Shown piece by piece: positions 38,200 to 53,208 of a DNA stretch of 64,000 nt; within the stretch, counting starts at the first letter, position 1; each line of letters opens with the position of its first letter. Below the pieces are notes generated by a model. That model searched no databases and was not told the origin of the DNA. It was given only the letters and a program-made list of their open reading frames with translations. Source of the DNA: Octopus bimaculoides (Eukaryota). A program made the position numbers and the translations under genes. The stretch covers positions 8,929,163 to 8,993,162 of the forward strand of contig NC_069008.1 of the NCBI RefSeq assembly GCF_001194135.2, written 5' to 3'.

Positions 38200-38700
38200 T
38201 TTTCTTAATATACGTACAAAGTCAAAAGTTTTGAGGATTATTCGATTAAATCAACCATGCTTTATTTTATCGATCCTAAATGGGTGACAAACAAAATTGA
38301 CTTCAGAGGGATTTGAACTCGCAATATAAAGAGCCGTAGCTAAACACGACGAGCTATTCGGTGGGAAGAGCTTCAGTTAATTATACCGACCTCAATACTT
38401 AATAGGTACTTTAATTTATCGGCTCTGAAACGATATATGGCAAAGTTGACCTCGATGGGATTTGAACTCGGAACGTAAAGAACGAGAACAAATACCGCTC
38501 TTACAATAAATAAATAATATTCGCTTCTATTACAGAGATTTGTGTGTGGAGCAACTCCAAATCATTACATTATTTTATTGACCGTGAAAGAATGAAAAGC
38601 AGAGTCGATTTCGGGGGTGATTTGAACTAAGAACGTTAAGCCAGAAGCAATGCTGCTAATCGTTTTGTCCAGTGTGCTAACGATTCCACCAGCGAGCCCC
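38200..38700 (-). mobile_element. three tandem degenerate tRNA-derived SINE heads (family D)
   Basis: Repeated GGGATTTGAACTC (B-box GAGTTCAAATCCC on minus) at about 38308, 38457 and 38616; related plus-strand copies at 59817-60250. Confidence 0.6.
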
Positions 38701-39168
38701 TCAAATAAATAAATAAATAACAGTTTTTTTTTTTGCTCATTTCAAATATGAGAGGAGGAGGAGGAGGAGGAAGGAAGGAAAAAGGAAACAACGGGAAGAA
38801 GACGAGAAGACAAATGAAGAAACGAGAATAGACGAGAGTTTAACGAAGTCAAGCAAGCGGAAGTAGCAGCAGCCTTAATGGCACAGTGAAGTAAAGCATA
38901 AAGAGAGAAGGTGAGAGGAAGGAAGAGGAACCAAACTGATAAAATAGAAGGGGATCAAACAGATAAACCATATATATATATAGAGAGAGAGGGACCGAAT
39001 AGATAAAGTATATGTATAAATAGAGAGGGGGATAGAGAAGCAGAGCTGGAGCAGACTTGTTTTATATATAGGACAGTGAGTAAGAGGGAGAGAGAGATAG
39101 ACATAGGAGCAAGAGAGGGGGAACATCATTAAGGCTTATGGCACACTGAAGACTTGACGAATACTTAC

Positions 39169-39205
<37 letters not shown>

Positions 39206-39836
39206 AACAGAGGGGGGTAGAAAGAAAGATAGAGAAATCAAACCGAAAAAAACAGAGAGACAGACAGAAACGGAGCTGGAACTGCCTTGTTTTATAGGAC
39301 AGTGAGAGAGAGAAGGGAAGTCAGAGACATATATATAGGAAGGCGGAGTGAGAGAGAGAGAGAGACATAGGAGGAGTAGAGGGGGAGCATCTTTCATTCA
39401 GTCTTATGGCACACTGAAGTCTTGACAGACATATACACAGCACAGATGTAGAGAGAGGGGGACAAAAAGAGAGAGAGAGAGAGATACACGCAGAGGAAGA
39501 GACAGAGAGAAGGTAGAAAGAGGCAGAGAGCAGGACGGACATTGGACCAAGGTGGAGAGGACTCCTAACATACACACACTGCCAATTCATATATATATAT
39601 ATATATATATATAAGCCTCTNNNNNNNNNNTATATATATATATATATATATATATAAGCCTCTCCTAAAGAAACTCAAGAGGAACCTTAATTACAAACTT
39701 ATTGATTTTTCAATCTTAACTAAAATATTAAACAAACGGCATTGACTTGTATAACACACTCTCTCTCTCTCTCTCACACACACACATATATATGTATATA
39801 TATTTATATTTATACACTCTTAACTAAAGGTGTATA

Positions 39837-39878
<42 letters not shown>

Positions 39879-40589
39879 AGGAATCAATTTTGTGGTAACA
39901 CAGAAGACAGATAAGGTATTCTTTATCCAAAGGTATTGATATATATATAATTCAATGTTGTATTTTTTTAATTACTTTTGATTTTCTGAAATGTTTAAAC
40001 TTAATTCTAGCTATATGTATTGTTACATGTATGTTTAAATTGTTATATATATACCTATGTATACGATGTGTATAGTTGTTGCTTATCCCCAGATCAGACC
40101 CGTCATTCGAAGGTATTTCAACGATGACCATCTGGCCTGTATATCTGGGATTACAAACCCCACTCTAATTACAAGTCGTGGTGGTGGTGGTGGTGGTGGT
40201 TGGGGTTCTTTGATTGCTTCTTATTTCTAGGTCTAATGCCGCGGAGTGGCGCCCTCGTTGGCGCTACATGTCTAGAAAACATGTTACGCAAATTTGTCGA
40301 GTAGATGGTATTTGCACATCCATCTATCTATCTATCTATTTATTTATCTGTCTGTATCTATATGAAGTGAGAAAGCTTTTGCGTATGAATGAATGTATGT
40401 TTGCAACAAACTGACTGTTAAATGTTTTGTGCGTGTGGAGAGAGAAATACGTCGTATATTTATGTATGTACAACGCCAATTTGGTTCTGTGTGTATAGTA
40501 TATATGTATATACACGCACATGTATATATATAAGCATTGGGAATTTAAATGTAAGTGGCATGTGATTTTAGTATGCGGGTATGTGCTTC

Positions 40590-40620
<31 letters not shown>

Positions 40621-41754
40621 GCTTTTGTACTAAGAGAAATATGTAACGTATGTATTATTTAGCGATTTGCGTTGTGTGTGTGTGTAACGGTTTGTGTTTT
40701 ATGTCCGACTTTCCATGCTAGCATGTGTAAGGTGAATATATTACTGCGACATTGTTTTTACTACTGGATGCTCTTTCTGTCGCTAACCCACACCTACTTT
40801 TTAAATATAAGATCTGTATTTCCCACGACGTCTTCGAAGGCTTAAAGCCATCGGGTGGTTGGTTTGTTCACCGGTGAAATGACACCATCATCGCTTGTAG
40901 CTCATGATTCTTATTGAGAAGTGCAAATGTATCCGCATACGCACACATGCATCGAAAGAGACTGATAGAATAAGTACTAGGGTAGAATTGTTTGATTAAA
41001 ATCCTTCAAGGAGTGCTGAAACAAGGAAACGAATAAAGAATATATATATATATGGCTATATTTGGCATCGATGGGCTTCTTTCAGTTTCTATATACCAGA
41101 TCTACTTACAATTCGTTAGTCGGCCTGGGGCTGAAATGGAAGGCACTTGCTCAAGGTGCTGTACAGTGAAATAGAACCCGAATTATGAACGGGAAATAAA
41201 CATTATCATATAGTTATACCTGTGTGTGTGTGGAAAATGGACGTTAAATGATGATGATTATATATTAATAACTTGGTGAAGGACTCGGTATACTTATGCC
41301 TCAGAACGAAGCGTTAGTCGAGTGCTGAGCGGTCATGAGAAAATGAGAGGACAAAGGAAGAAACGATTATCTTTTGAACTTCATTAGCATACAGCTGTTT
41401 CGGCTATAAGATGCTGTGAGCTCACAGTTGAATGCCTGATTAACACTTTATAGCTTAAACAGAGCATCAAATATTTGAGGACACGAAAAAGCAATAAGCT
41501 AATGATGCTCATAAGGTAATTGTTTATTCCTTTGTCATCTCATTTTCTCAAATCATCATCATCGTTTAACGTCCGCTTTCCATGCTAGCATGGGTTGGGC
41601 GATTTAACCGAGGACTGGTGAACCAGATGGCTACACCAGGCTCCAATCTGATTTGGCAGAATTTCTACATCTGGATGTCCTTCCTAACGCCAACTACTCC
41701 AAGAGTGTAGTGGGTGCTTTTACGTGCCACCGGCATGAAGGCCAAATATATGTA

Positions 41755-41795
<41 letters not shown>

Positions 41796-42269
41796 TCTTT
41801 ATTCGTTTCCTTGTTTCAGCACTCCTTGAAGGATTTTAATCAAACAATTCTATCCTAGTACTTATTCTATCAGTCTCTTTGCCGAATTGCTGAGTTACGG
41901 GGACATAAACACCAGTTGTCTATTGGTGATGGGTGACAAAGACCCCTACACACCACACACACACACACACACACATATGATGGGCTTCTTTCAGTTTCTG
42001 TCTACCAAATCCACTCAAAGCCTTGGTTGGCCTGAGGCAATAGTAGAAGACACTTGCCCAAAGTGCTAGGCAGTAGGACTTCTTACCACCAGCCATTCCT
42101 GTGCTTGTATATTATATACATATAAATATATATATATATATGTGTGTGTGTGTGTATGTATATATAAATGTTATATATTATATATGTGTGTGTGTATATA
42201 AATGTTATATATTATGTATTTGAGTTATTCATTTCTCTGAGGCATATTTATATATGAGCTGAAACACCA

Positions 42270-42580
42270 TGTTATTAGTATCACTATACTTCAGATTCAA
42301 TCACACCTTAAGCTTCAGACACCGGAATAAACGAAAAACTACCAAATTATCCAGTTATATATGGTTCTTAAAAGAACAAGGTGTCAACTACAAGATTTAC
42401 TGGAAGATCTTAGCCAAGTGTAAATCTTATACCAGCATTAGTGGCAAGTGCAGTCTTTGTAATATGGAAAGATGACTCATCTGAAAATGTTCCTTGGAGC
42501 CGGCTACATGTTTAAATTCAAGAACTGAACTTTTTGGATCATGTCCACATCTTACAAAATACCTGTTACGGTTTTGCCCC
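42270..42580 (+). mobile_element. Penelope-like element, GIY-YIG C-terminal fragment
   Basis: FRFNHTLSF...TKLSSYIWFLK...IYWKIL...CSLCNME...LNSRTELFGSCPHLTKYLL. Confidence 0.75.
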
Positions 42581-43559
42581 ACACCCCAAGATCATGGCTA
42601 GAATCCACATTTCTACTATGTTCCTGCACAAGCTTTCCCATATGTTTTAACTTCCATTAATTTTTTATTTTTTATATATAATTTTACATTTTTTTCATTT
42701 TTAATTGTGTGAGTGTGTACATGTGTGTATATGTATGTATATATATATATATTATGTATGTGTGTGTGTGTATGTATATCTGTGTATGTGTGCAAGACTG
42801 TCCAGTGCATATATGCAACTTTCATGCGCACGCCCTCTTCATTTATACAGATATGCTTATGTTTGTATATATGCAGGAGTGTGAATGTATGTCTGTATAT
42901 ATTTATACATTTAAACGTCTAAATACGTATGTATTGTGTTATGTGTATGCCTGTAAGCACCTATGTGTATATGAGGACAAGGTTGCGTACACACACGCAC
43001 ACATATATACATGTGTGTGGATATGTGTGTATGTATGAGTATGTACATATGTTTGTGTGTATGTGTATGTATGTATACATGTTTGACTAAATGTGTACAT
43101 CTGTAGACGTGAACGCAGGAGGTTTATATCTGTCTTTTGAGAATATGGTCGGGTGTATTTTTTATCTTTTTTCTTTTTCTATCTATTAGAGTAACTTCCC
43201 TTCTTTTATTCAACTGCTTTTTCATAGTGTCTGTTGCCATTAATCTCCGACAAGAAAGTATCGTAGCTCTTTGCTCCAACATTCGAAACTCCGAGTACTA
43301 TAACGATAACCTTTTACTGTTCTAATTTATAACATATATAAATAATCCTTATTTATCTAATATCGAGGTCGCATTCTGTTGTTGTTACTTTTTATTATTA
43401 TATATATATTGGCCTGCCTGTCTAGCCAGCAGAATGGCATCATTAGAAAGTTCCAATAATTTGAGGAAACGTATTGTGGCTAGCGGTGTAGTTTAGTTAA
43501 TACAACGATGATATATACATCTAGCTCATTATAAAGCATAACTGCGAATATGGTCTGTG

Positions 43560-44990
43560 ATGGTACCAGCTAGTTGGATGGTGAACATGGTGGTTGAGTT
43601 ATACACACAGTAGATAAAAGCTAGGAGACAGGTTTTGTGTGGATAGTAGAAAAGACATCAGGTAGCTAGATGCCAGATATTCTTGGCAAAAGAAATTAGC
43701 AGATGTTTATCAATGTTCAGCAATGAAAGAGTCTAAATGACAGTGTCTCTGCATGGATCAAAACATCTTTGAGGGGAGAATGTATACAGAATGATAACGG
43801 CACAGTAGCCTCCACTGATGTGAAGAAGTGGTTTGGAAATGTTACAATGAGAAGAACACATGGAAGGAAGGGGAGCAATTCCAAACTGACTCAACAGGAG
43901 GATCAGTTAGTGATTTTGGGAACTGTAAAACGTAGAAGTTAGATTAAGGATATGAAGATGGGGAAAGCAACTGGAACATCACAGGCAGTTGCTCAGTTAC
44001 TGACAGTATTTGAAGTAGGAAATGTGTTAATCACTTGTTTAATTAATTGGTAATGTGATGTCGTACTAAATAACTGGGAGTGTTGTGACGTCATCATTAT
44101 CAAATGGTAGAAGGGCAAAGGAGATCCTCTAGGAAGAAGCCACTGCAGAGGCATCTAATTGATGGACCATATTATAAAAGTAATAGTAAAACTTTAGAGC
44201 ACAACTGATTAGGAATGGAATTAGATACAGTGCAGTTGGAGGTATGAGCCAGGGCAGGACACTACTAATACCATCTTCCTAGAGAGGCATTAACCAAAGT
44301 TATTTGCCATGAGTGAACCACTATATCAAGCATTTGCCAATCTGGAGAAGGCCTTGGACAGGTAACACATTTTGTAGTCTGGTATTTGCTATGAAAACTT
44401 GGTATGGTTTGGTATGACAGCTATGCAAGCCATATACAGAAATACTGTCAGCAAGGGCAGTATTAGCAAAGTATTAGAGTTCAGTGAGGAATTTAATGTG
44501 CAGGTGACACTTAAAAGGCACCTGTGCCAGTGACACATAAAAGACTCCCAGTACACTCTGTAGAGTGGTTGATGTTAGGAAGGGTATCCAGTTGTAGAAA
44601 TATAGCCAAAACAGATGACTGGAGCCTGGTGCAGCTTACCAGCTCCAGTGAAACCATCTAACCCATGCCAGCATGGAAAGATGATGTAGATGTCCACACT
44701 TCTAGCCATGACAGGGAAGTTTAAAACTTAGATGTTGTGGGAACTACTGTATGCTGATGACCTAATTCTCACCGCTGAACCTGTAAAGAAATTCCAAATG
44801 TGGAAATAAAGCCTACCAATGAGATTCATGAAAATAAACCTAAGAAAGACAAGTTTTAGTTGGCCATGTTTGATATGCAGAAAAGGAGTAGATAAGAATA
44901 CCATATGGTGTACAGTGTAGGGTTCACAAGTGATGTGGTAGGACTAAAGGCAGACTGTGAGGGGACATTGTATGCTGCAGATGCACTTCT
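43560..44990 (+). mobile_element. RTE-clade LINE RT remnant with nested SINE
   Basis: NLEKALDR at about 44339 and LYADDLIL at about 44747; family B SINE at 44490-44690. Confidence 0.65.
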
Positions 44991-47900
44991 GTTGTTTTAA
45001 ATATTCTAAAGGGTTGCTAATCTCTAATTGTGGAGGGAATCTGTGGAATGAGGTGGTGAAATATGATCTTCGGCTGTTGAGTCTCACGGAGGCCATGACA
45101 AGTGACTGAGACTTCTGGCGATTTGTTGTGCTTGAGAAGACCTGTCAAGCTGAGTGAAATTATGATTTACGTGTCACCAGTGCTGGTGACACGTAAAAGA
45201 CACCCAGTACACTCTGTAGAGTGGTTGGTATTAGGAAGGGCACCCAGCTGTAGAAACCATCCCACAACAGATGACTAGAGCCAGGTGCACCTTTGAAGCT
45301 ACAAGACGATGCATGATTAATTCAAGACAGTGTGAATAAATAAGCAGAACATTTGACAGTAATCTGAATGCAAAAGGGTTAAACCAGCTGGTCTGGGAGT
45401 GAGGACACTGTATATGCTTTTATTCTTTTACTTGTTTCAGTCATTGACTGCAGCTATGCTGGAGTACTGCCTTAAAGGGATTTTTAGTCAAAGAAATTGA
45501 CCCCAGGACTTATTCTTTGTAAGCCTAGTACTTATTCTATCGGTCTCTTTTGCCGAACCGCTATGTTACGGGAACGTAAATACACCAGCATCGATTGTTA
45601 AGCGATGTTGGAGGAACAAACTCAGACACACAAACATATACACACATACATACACACACACACACACATACACACATATATACGAAGTGCTTCTTTCAGT
45701 TTCCGTCTACCAAATCCACTCACAAGGCTTTGGTCGGCCCGAGGCTATAGTAGAAGACTGAACCCGAAACCATGTGGTTGATGAGCAAGCTACTTACCAC
45801 ACAGCCACTCCTGATATATATATNNNNNNNNNNTATGGTGTACAGTGTAGGGTTCACAAGTGATGTGGTAGGACTAAAGGCAGACTGTGAGGGGACATTG
45901 TATGTTGCAGATGTACAGATGGGTTCCTTTCAGTTTCTGTTTACCAAATCCACTCACAGGGCCTTGGTTGGCCTGAGGCTATAGTAGAAGACACTTGCCC
46001 AAGGTACCACGCAGTGGGACTGAACCTGGAACCATGTTAATCATTTGTGAGATTCCAAATGGTTGATATACCCAGCCTTAGGAGTACGCAACCACATATT
46101 TTACACCTCCAGCACTTTTTGTCTTCATCAATGTTTTCCAAAGCCTCTCATATTCAAGGCAATCCTCAGCAAAAGTTTCGTAACCTTTATGTATTCCCTT
46201 ATATACATATTTATATACATACAAACATATGTATGGATGTCAGGTGTGTATTTAGGGAGAGAAGGAAGAGAGGTGTGTATTGGGTCTTGTGATGTATGGG
46301 CTCTCAACTGCTCATGGTCAAGACATTTTGAGGATTCAAACTTGGCAGAGTCCAACTTTCTCTGGATTGAACTGCTGTCAATTTTTTCTCCAGAGAGAAA
46401 GATGAGAATTAACCTAAGTAATGGACTAGTACTTGATGTATTGACCCCTGAAAGGGTGATGGGTTAAGTCTATGGGATTTGGGTTGTCAGTTATATCTAA
46501 AGAAAGGATAAAATTGGTCCAATAATGGACTCATACTTTGTGTATTGACCCTTGAAAGGATCAAGGCCAAAGTCAAACACCACAAGATTTAAACTAAGAA
46601 AGTAAGGGGCTAAAATGAATACTACGAAGTTTTTTTTATCAAATGTGCTGACAATTCTTCCAATTCACTGCTTGTAAGAATGCACATCAGATGTGTATGT
46701 AAATGTAGAGGAATGGGAGGTTGTGTGTGTGTGTGTGTGTTTATGTATATAAGAAGAGATCACATGACATAGGAATAAACAATTATCTTAATAACTTCAT
46801 TAGCTTACAGCTGTTTGCCATATGAGATGCAGTGGACTTGCAGTTGAGCGCCTGAGTAACTAAGTTCATATGATAATCGTTGATTTTTTTTGGTCATCAA
46901 TCTTCTTATAACCGCTCTGTACCTGACTCACACCTCTTTCAAACACATACGTATATGGAGTTCTATACCAGGTTATTACTAATGCAATGTGTAAATGAAA
47001 CATTAAAACATATATATATATATATATTTATATATATNNNNNNNNNNNNNNNNNNNNNNNNNNNNNNNNNNNNNNNNNNNNNNNNNNNNNNNNNNNNNNN
47101 NNNNNNNNNNNNNNNNNNNNNNNNNNNNNNNNNNNNNNNNNNNNNNNNNNNNNNNNNNNNNNNNNNNNNNNNNNNNNNNNNNNNNNNNNNNNNNNNNNNN
47201 NNNNNNNNNNNNNNNNNNNNNNNNNNNNNNNNNNNNNNNNNNNNNNNNNNNNNNNNNNNNNNNNNNNNNNNNNNNNNNNNNNNNNNNNNNNNNNNNNNNN
47301 NNNNNNNNNNNNNNNNNNNNNNNNNNNNNNNNNNNNNNNNNNNNNNNNNNNNNNNNNNNNNNNNNNNNNNACTGGCTCTTGTGCGGGTGGCACATGAGAT
47401 GCACCATTCTGAGCGTGGCCGTTGCCAGTACCGCCTGACTGGCTCTCGTGCGGGTGACACGTAAAAGCACCCACTACACTCTCTGAGTGGTTGGCGTTAG
47501 GAAGGGCATCCAGCTGTAGAAACTCTGCCAAATTAGATTGGAGCCTGGTGTTGCCATCTGGTTTCACCAGTCCTCAGTCAAATCGTCCAACCCATGCTAG
47601 CATGGAAAGCGGACGTTAAACAATGATGATGATGATATATATATATAAGTATCATCATCTGCATTTGTTTAATGTCTGTTTTCCATGCTGCCATGGTTTG
47701 GCTGGGGAATCTGTCCAGTTGTCTATTTTGGTATGGTTTCTACAGCTGGATGCCCTTCTTAATGTCAGTCACTGTACAAAGTTTAATAGGTACCTTTTAC
47801 TTGCCACAGACACAGGTTTGTTTATGCAGCACCAGCACAGATGTGTTTTACATGGCAGTGGCACCGGCAAAGCATATGCCTGTATGTATGGATGACCATG

Positions 47901-48297
47901 ATGTTACTTAACTTGATTCACATACAGCAAATTGCCTCAACTCCTAGTCCTTTGTCGTAAAATATGGGAGAAAGAAAAAGGAATTCATGAAGCTCTTTAT
48001 TAATCACTACAAGGTGTAAATCCAAATTTGAAATTATTACTTATATATATAATTTATCTTTCATCGTTTCAGTCATTTGACGCGGCCATGCTGAGTCACC
48101 ATCTTGAAGGGTTTTAGTTGAACAAATTGACCCTAGGACTGACTTTTTTAAGGCTAGCACCCACTCCATTGATCTCCTTTGCTGATCTGCTAATGTTACA
48201 GAGACGTAAACACACCAACACTGGTTGTCAAGCAGTATTGGGTGACAAACACACTGAGACATACACAGATAGATATATATATATATATATATATATA

Positions 48298-48388
<91 letters not shown>

Positions 48389-48961
48389 CAAATCCACTCA
48401 CAAGGCTTTGGTCAGCTCAAGGCTATAGTAGAAGACATTTGCCCAATGTGGCACACAGTGGGACTGAACCTGGAGCCAAATGATTGGGAAACCAGCTTCT
48501 TACCACACAGCCGTGCCTGCACCTATATCATGATCATCATTTAATGTCCATTGTTCATGCTGGCATGGGTTGGACTGTTTGACTGGACTGGCACATTGGA
48601 AGGCTGCACCAGACTGCAGTCTGATTTGGCATGGTTTTCTACAGCTGGATGACCTTCCTAACGCCAACCACTCTGAGAGTGTAGTGGGTGCTTTTACATG
48701 CCACCAGCATGAGTACCATTTGTGTGACACTAGGATGTGTTTGTGTACCATTGGCATGGATCCCATTTGCATGACACTGGAGTGCGTTTTTGTGCGAGTG
48801 GCACAGGTGCCAACTTGCATGACACTGGTATCTGCCACAACTGCAATTTTGGTCAGCTTGGTGGGTCTTTTTCTTAAGCACGACATAATGCCAAAGGTCT
48901 TGGTCATTGCCTTCTGTGAGGCCCAACACTTGAAAGGAGTGTATGTATGTATGTATGTATG

Positions 48962-49000
<39 letters not shown>

Positions 49001-49459
49001 AATAAGGATAAACACAGGTATATATAATAATTTGTACACGTGTTTCACCAATGTGGTTGTTTGGAGCCTAGCAGTAGATGTTCCAAATGCTCAACTGCAA
49101 TGTATCATCTGGAACACTTTACCATATTAAGGAAATACAGCAAATTGCATTAATACTACAGTATTAATAGAATAAGGTGTTCTCTGATGATCTGCTGTGG
49201 TTAAACATTTGGAGCACCTTTTGTAGGGCTCCAAGCAATTGTAATGGTGAAATGGCTGTACAAACTATTGTATTAACATGTGTTTATCCTTTTTACTCCG
49301 ACATTAGTTTTGTAGTTCACAGTAATACTATTCAGTATAGAAGTTACTGAACTACTCTACAAAAAGCAGACTTAATTATGAAAATTTATGAGAAGCTTTA
49401 AACATGACAGTAGCAGTTGAATATCTATTTGTACACATTTTCTACTATATATATATACA

Positions 49460-49830
49460 TATCCGAGCCAACAAAAATAGTTTACTCAATAGAATATCTA
49501 ACATTATAATTATCTGTAGACACAAATATCTTTCAACGTTTAAATTTTCCAAAAATAATTAAACTATAGGATTCTAATTTAACCTTTTCTTCCAAAACTT
49601 TATATTGTATATAGCGTCGTTATATTATACATTGTGTTTTAATATCATATACCCAAAGATAATGATCCAATCAAACATTTGATTTTTATGTAACACACCT
49701 TTCCTTTAAAATTTTAACCTTGTGATTCTATTAACTCTAATGAGAGAAATATAGAGAATTGCTATGGTTGGAGTTAGCTCACCCATAGCAACATATATCT
49801 TTTCGAAACGGCCGTAAGACTTTATACATA
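49460..49830 (+). mobile_element. Penelope-like 3' end with degenerate hammerhead
   Basis: ORF end SLLNRISNIIIICRHKY, then CTAATGA (49737-49743; core G-to-A)-stem II TTGCTATGG/CCATAGCAA-GAAAC-GGCC-GTA (49805-49816). Confidence 0.6.
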
Positions 49831-50230
49831 GACTTTATACAGCTTCCAGAGTCCTTATGAATCATTTTACATCTGCATTATCACCCTCTTCATTTGGACT
49901 TCGCAAGCACATTTATGGACTTAGACTTTTTATATATTTATGAATTTTTATGTGTTTATAGATTTTATATGTGTATGAATTTTTATATATTTATGAATTT
50001 TCATGTATATGTATGTATTTATAAATTCTTAGAAATTTTTTATATATCATATAGATGAATGCATCTATGTGTGTACTTTGTATACCATGGAGAATTTTGT
50101 TAATATGAACTAAATGAATATATACATCGGCCTTTGAATTTGTTTGAATTAATTTTATATTCCTGAAGCTCTATCAGAGCGCTACTCGGTTGAGCTGTAT
50201 AAAGTGGGTATCTATATCACTTATTTCTTC

Positions 50231-50270
<40 letters not shown>

Positions 50271-51447
50271 CATCATTATCATTTAATGTCTGCTTTCCAT
50301 GCTGGCATGGGTTGGATAGTTTGGTTAAAAGCTGGGAAGCTACAGCTAGTTGCAGTCTGATCAGGTAAGGTTTCTACAGTTGGATGCCCTTCTTAACACC
50401 AACCACTCTGAGAGTGTAGTGGGTGCTTTTTATGTGCTGCCAGCACTGGTGTCAATTACGAAACACCGGCATCAACCATGACTAAGATCTCACTTGGCTT
50501 GACAGGTCTTCTCAAGCATTGTATATTGCCAAAGTTTGAAGGGTGCTATTTGCATACCACGGGCATGGGTGCCCAGGTATGCGACACTGGCTTCAGCCAC
50601 GACTACGATTTCACTTGACAAGTCTTCTCATGTACAGCATATCACCCACCAGCATGAGTGCCAGTTACACAACACTGGCATTGGCCACAACTACAATTTG
50701 GTTTGATGGGTCACAATGAAGTCAGGTGAGGGAACAACAAGTAGGTGTATTAATTTGACACCTGGGAAGAATGGAAAAGTTTTTGAAGTTTCGAGCCTAC
50801 ATGCTTCAACAGAAAGGATTGAGATATCTGTGTCACTTCTAGAGTGAAGCACTCACTACACTCTCAGAGTGATTAACGTAAGGAAGGGTATCCAACTGTA
50901 GAAGCTTTGCCAGATCAGATTGGAGCCTGGCGCAACCCATGCCAGCATGGAAAGCGGATGTTAAACAATGATGATGATATATATGCGCAAGTGTGGCTGT
51001 GGTAAGAAGCTTGCTTCCCAACTACATGGTCCTGGCTTCAGTCCCAATTCGTGGGATTTTGAGCGTCTTCTACTATAGCCTCAAGCCAAACAAAACCTTG
51101 TGAGTGTATGTGGTAGACGAAAACAGAAAAAAACTCATTGTATATATGTGTGTCTGTGTTTGTCCCCAACCATTGCTTGACAACCAGTGTTGGTGTGTTT
51201 ACATTCCTGTAACTTATTGGTTTGGCAAAAGATATGGTAGAATAAGTACTAGGTTTAAAGAATATGTCCTAGGGTTGATTTGACTAAAACCCTTCAAGGT
51301 GATGCTCCAGCATGACCGCAGTCAAATGACTGAAACAAGTAAAGGGATCATCATCATCATCGTTTAACGTCCGCTTTCCATGCTAGCATGGGTTGGACGA
51401 CTTGACTGAGGACTGGTGAAACCGGATGGCAACACCAGGCTCCAATC

Positions 51448-51496
<49 letters not shown>

Positions 51497-51875
51497 ATGT
51501 ATGTATGTATGTACTCATGAGGACCCATCCTCTACAGCAGACGTGATAAGGCTGCCCCCACTGATGAAGATGGTTGGCCTGCAAAAGTCCTGTGCTGGTC
51601 TCATAAAAAACACCCATGGTGGTGCCACTGAGGAGTGCTTGGGCAGGTGCCACTGTAAAATGGTTGGTGTTAGGAAGGGCAGCCAACTGTAGAAACCAAG
51701 CCAAATCAAACTGGAACCTGGTGCAGCTCTCAAGCTTGCTAGGCCTGGTCAAATCATCCAACCCATTCTAGCATGGAAAATGGACATTAAACAATGAATA
51801 TATATATGTATGATAAGGTATAAATAATGGTCATTTCGTATTTTTCTTTATTGCAGTCTTGTATATCACTGGGTA

Positions 51876-52261
51876 GTGGAGGCGCAATGGCCCAGTGGTT
51901 AGGGCAGCGGACTCGTAGTCATAAGATCGCGGTTTCGATTCCCAGACCGGGCATTGTGAGTGTTTATTGAGTGAAAAAACCTAAAGCTCCACAAGGCTCC
52001 GGCAGGGGATGGTGGCGAACCCTGCTGTACTCTTTCACCACAACTTTCTCTCACTCTTATTTCCTGTTTCTGTTGTGCCTGTAATTCAAAGGGTCAGCCT
52101 TGTCACACTGTGTCATGCTGAATATCCCCGAGAACTACGTTAAGGGTACACGTGTCTGTGGAGTGCTCAGCCACTTGCACGTTAATTTCACGAGCAGGCT
52201 GTTCCGTTGATCGGATCAGCTGGAACCCTCGATGTCGTAAGCAATGGAGTGCAACAACAAC
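51876..52261 (+). mobile_element. SINE family C, full-length young copy with 13-bp TSD
   Basis: tRNA-like head GGCGCAATGGCCCAGTGGTTAGG...GGTTTCGATTCCC, (CAA)n tail, TSD ATATCAC(T/A)GGGTA at 51863-51875 and 52262-52274. Confidence 0.9.
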
Positions 52262-52652
52262 ATATCACAGGGTAAAAAAACAGTATAACTGGGGCACAAC
52301 CATGGATTTACAATATAGAATGGTGATGAACTTTAACCTCAGACCCTGCCACAAGAATATGTGGAATTTTTTACCAATCTAAACAATATTGTTAGCCTGG
52401 TGTGCTAACAGAGAGCTTATAAAGTATTTTGCCCAGTTTCATTCAGCACCATGCAACATGTTTCGTGGCTTCCAACAGAAACCTGTCTCGTTTGGGCTTG
52501 GATTACTGATTTGGTAAACCTTAAGTCTCATGGAACTGAATCAAACTGTTTTAAGTAGTAATACATGTAACTCCTGAATACAATGAATGCCTTTCACTTA
52601 TCCACTCATTTGTATGTGTTTGTGTATGTATGTATGTGCATGTGTGTATGTA

Positions 52653-52698
<46 letters not shown>

Positions 52699-53208
52699 AG
52701 TAAAGATAAATACAAAAAAAGGTGGATTTTTTTGTATGATTGTGTATAGAGGAATATATTATTTTGCTTAAAAGAGTTCCAACACTGTCTGTTTTTTATG
52801 TTTTATTTATATTCCTGCAGAACTAATGTGGGGTATAGAATATGGAATATACAATATATAATATAATATACAATATATAATATAAAATAAAATAAAAATG
52901 GATGGCACCATGAAATAAAGTATTGAATGTAGGTTGATTGTAGATGCATTTCGTGTGTGTGTATGAAGGGATTATGGTATGTGTATAGAGGAATTAGGGG
53001 GTGCATATATGTGTATAGAGATTAAGGGGTTACAATGTGTATATGTATAGAAATAAATGAATTGTATGTAGACAGAAATATAAAATTTCCTCAACCCCTT
53101 TCACTTTTTAGAAGCTGTGGTCTTTTATTAATGTGAGAAATTTTTACTATAATTATTATTGATGTTTTTGTTTTTGATTCCAGGAAGTGATAGGGCATCC
53201 CAACCATA

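Larger units (their letters stand above)
38200..43500. promoter_or_regulatory. CpG-retaining region, candidate promoter/5' region of PPP4C
   Basis: CpG visibly more frequent than in flanking repeats; GC-rich core GCCGCGGAGTGGCGCCCTCGTTGGCGC at about 40239-40265; ETS-like CGGAAGT at about 38858. PPP4C needs an upstream non-coding exon. Confidence 0.3.

Noticed and set aside
40245-40262. CTCF site in GTGGCGCCCTCGTTGGCG
   Set aside because: Only the 3' half of the consensus matches.
41360-41530. Hammerhead in a small TIR element (GAAACAGCTGTA on minus; related copy near 46770-46880)
   Set aside because: No convincing CTGANGA with matching stem I could be found.
44904-45915. About 80-bp duplication (44904-44985 vs 45835-45915)
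   Set aside because: RTE fragment next to a 10-N gap; a local misassembly or second RTE piece is likely.
589-47567. Long ORFs made mostly of X in the ORF track (e.g. 4144-5538, 12316-13188, 18512-19376, 29054-29598, 46880-47567)
   Set aside because: They only span N gaps and are artefacts.
51878-51955. tRNA gene
   Set aside because: It is the head of a SINE, followed by a family body, (CAA)n tail and 13-bp TSD.
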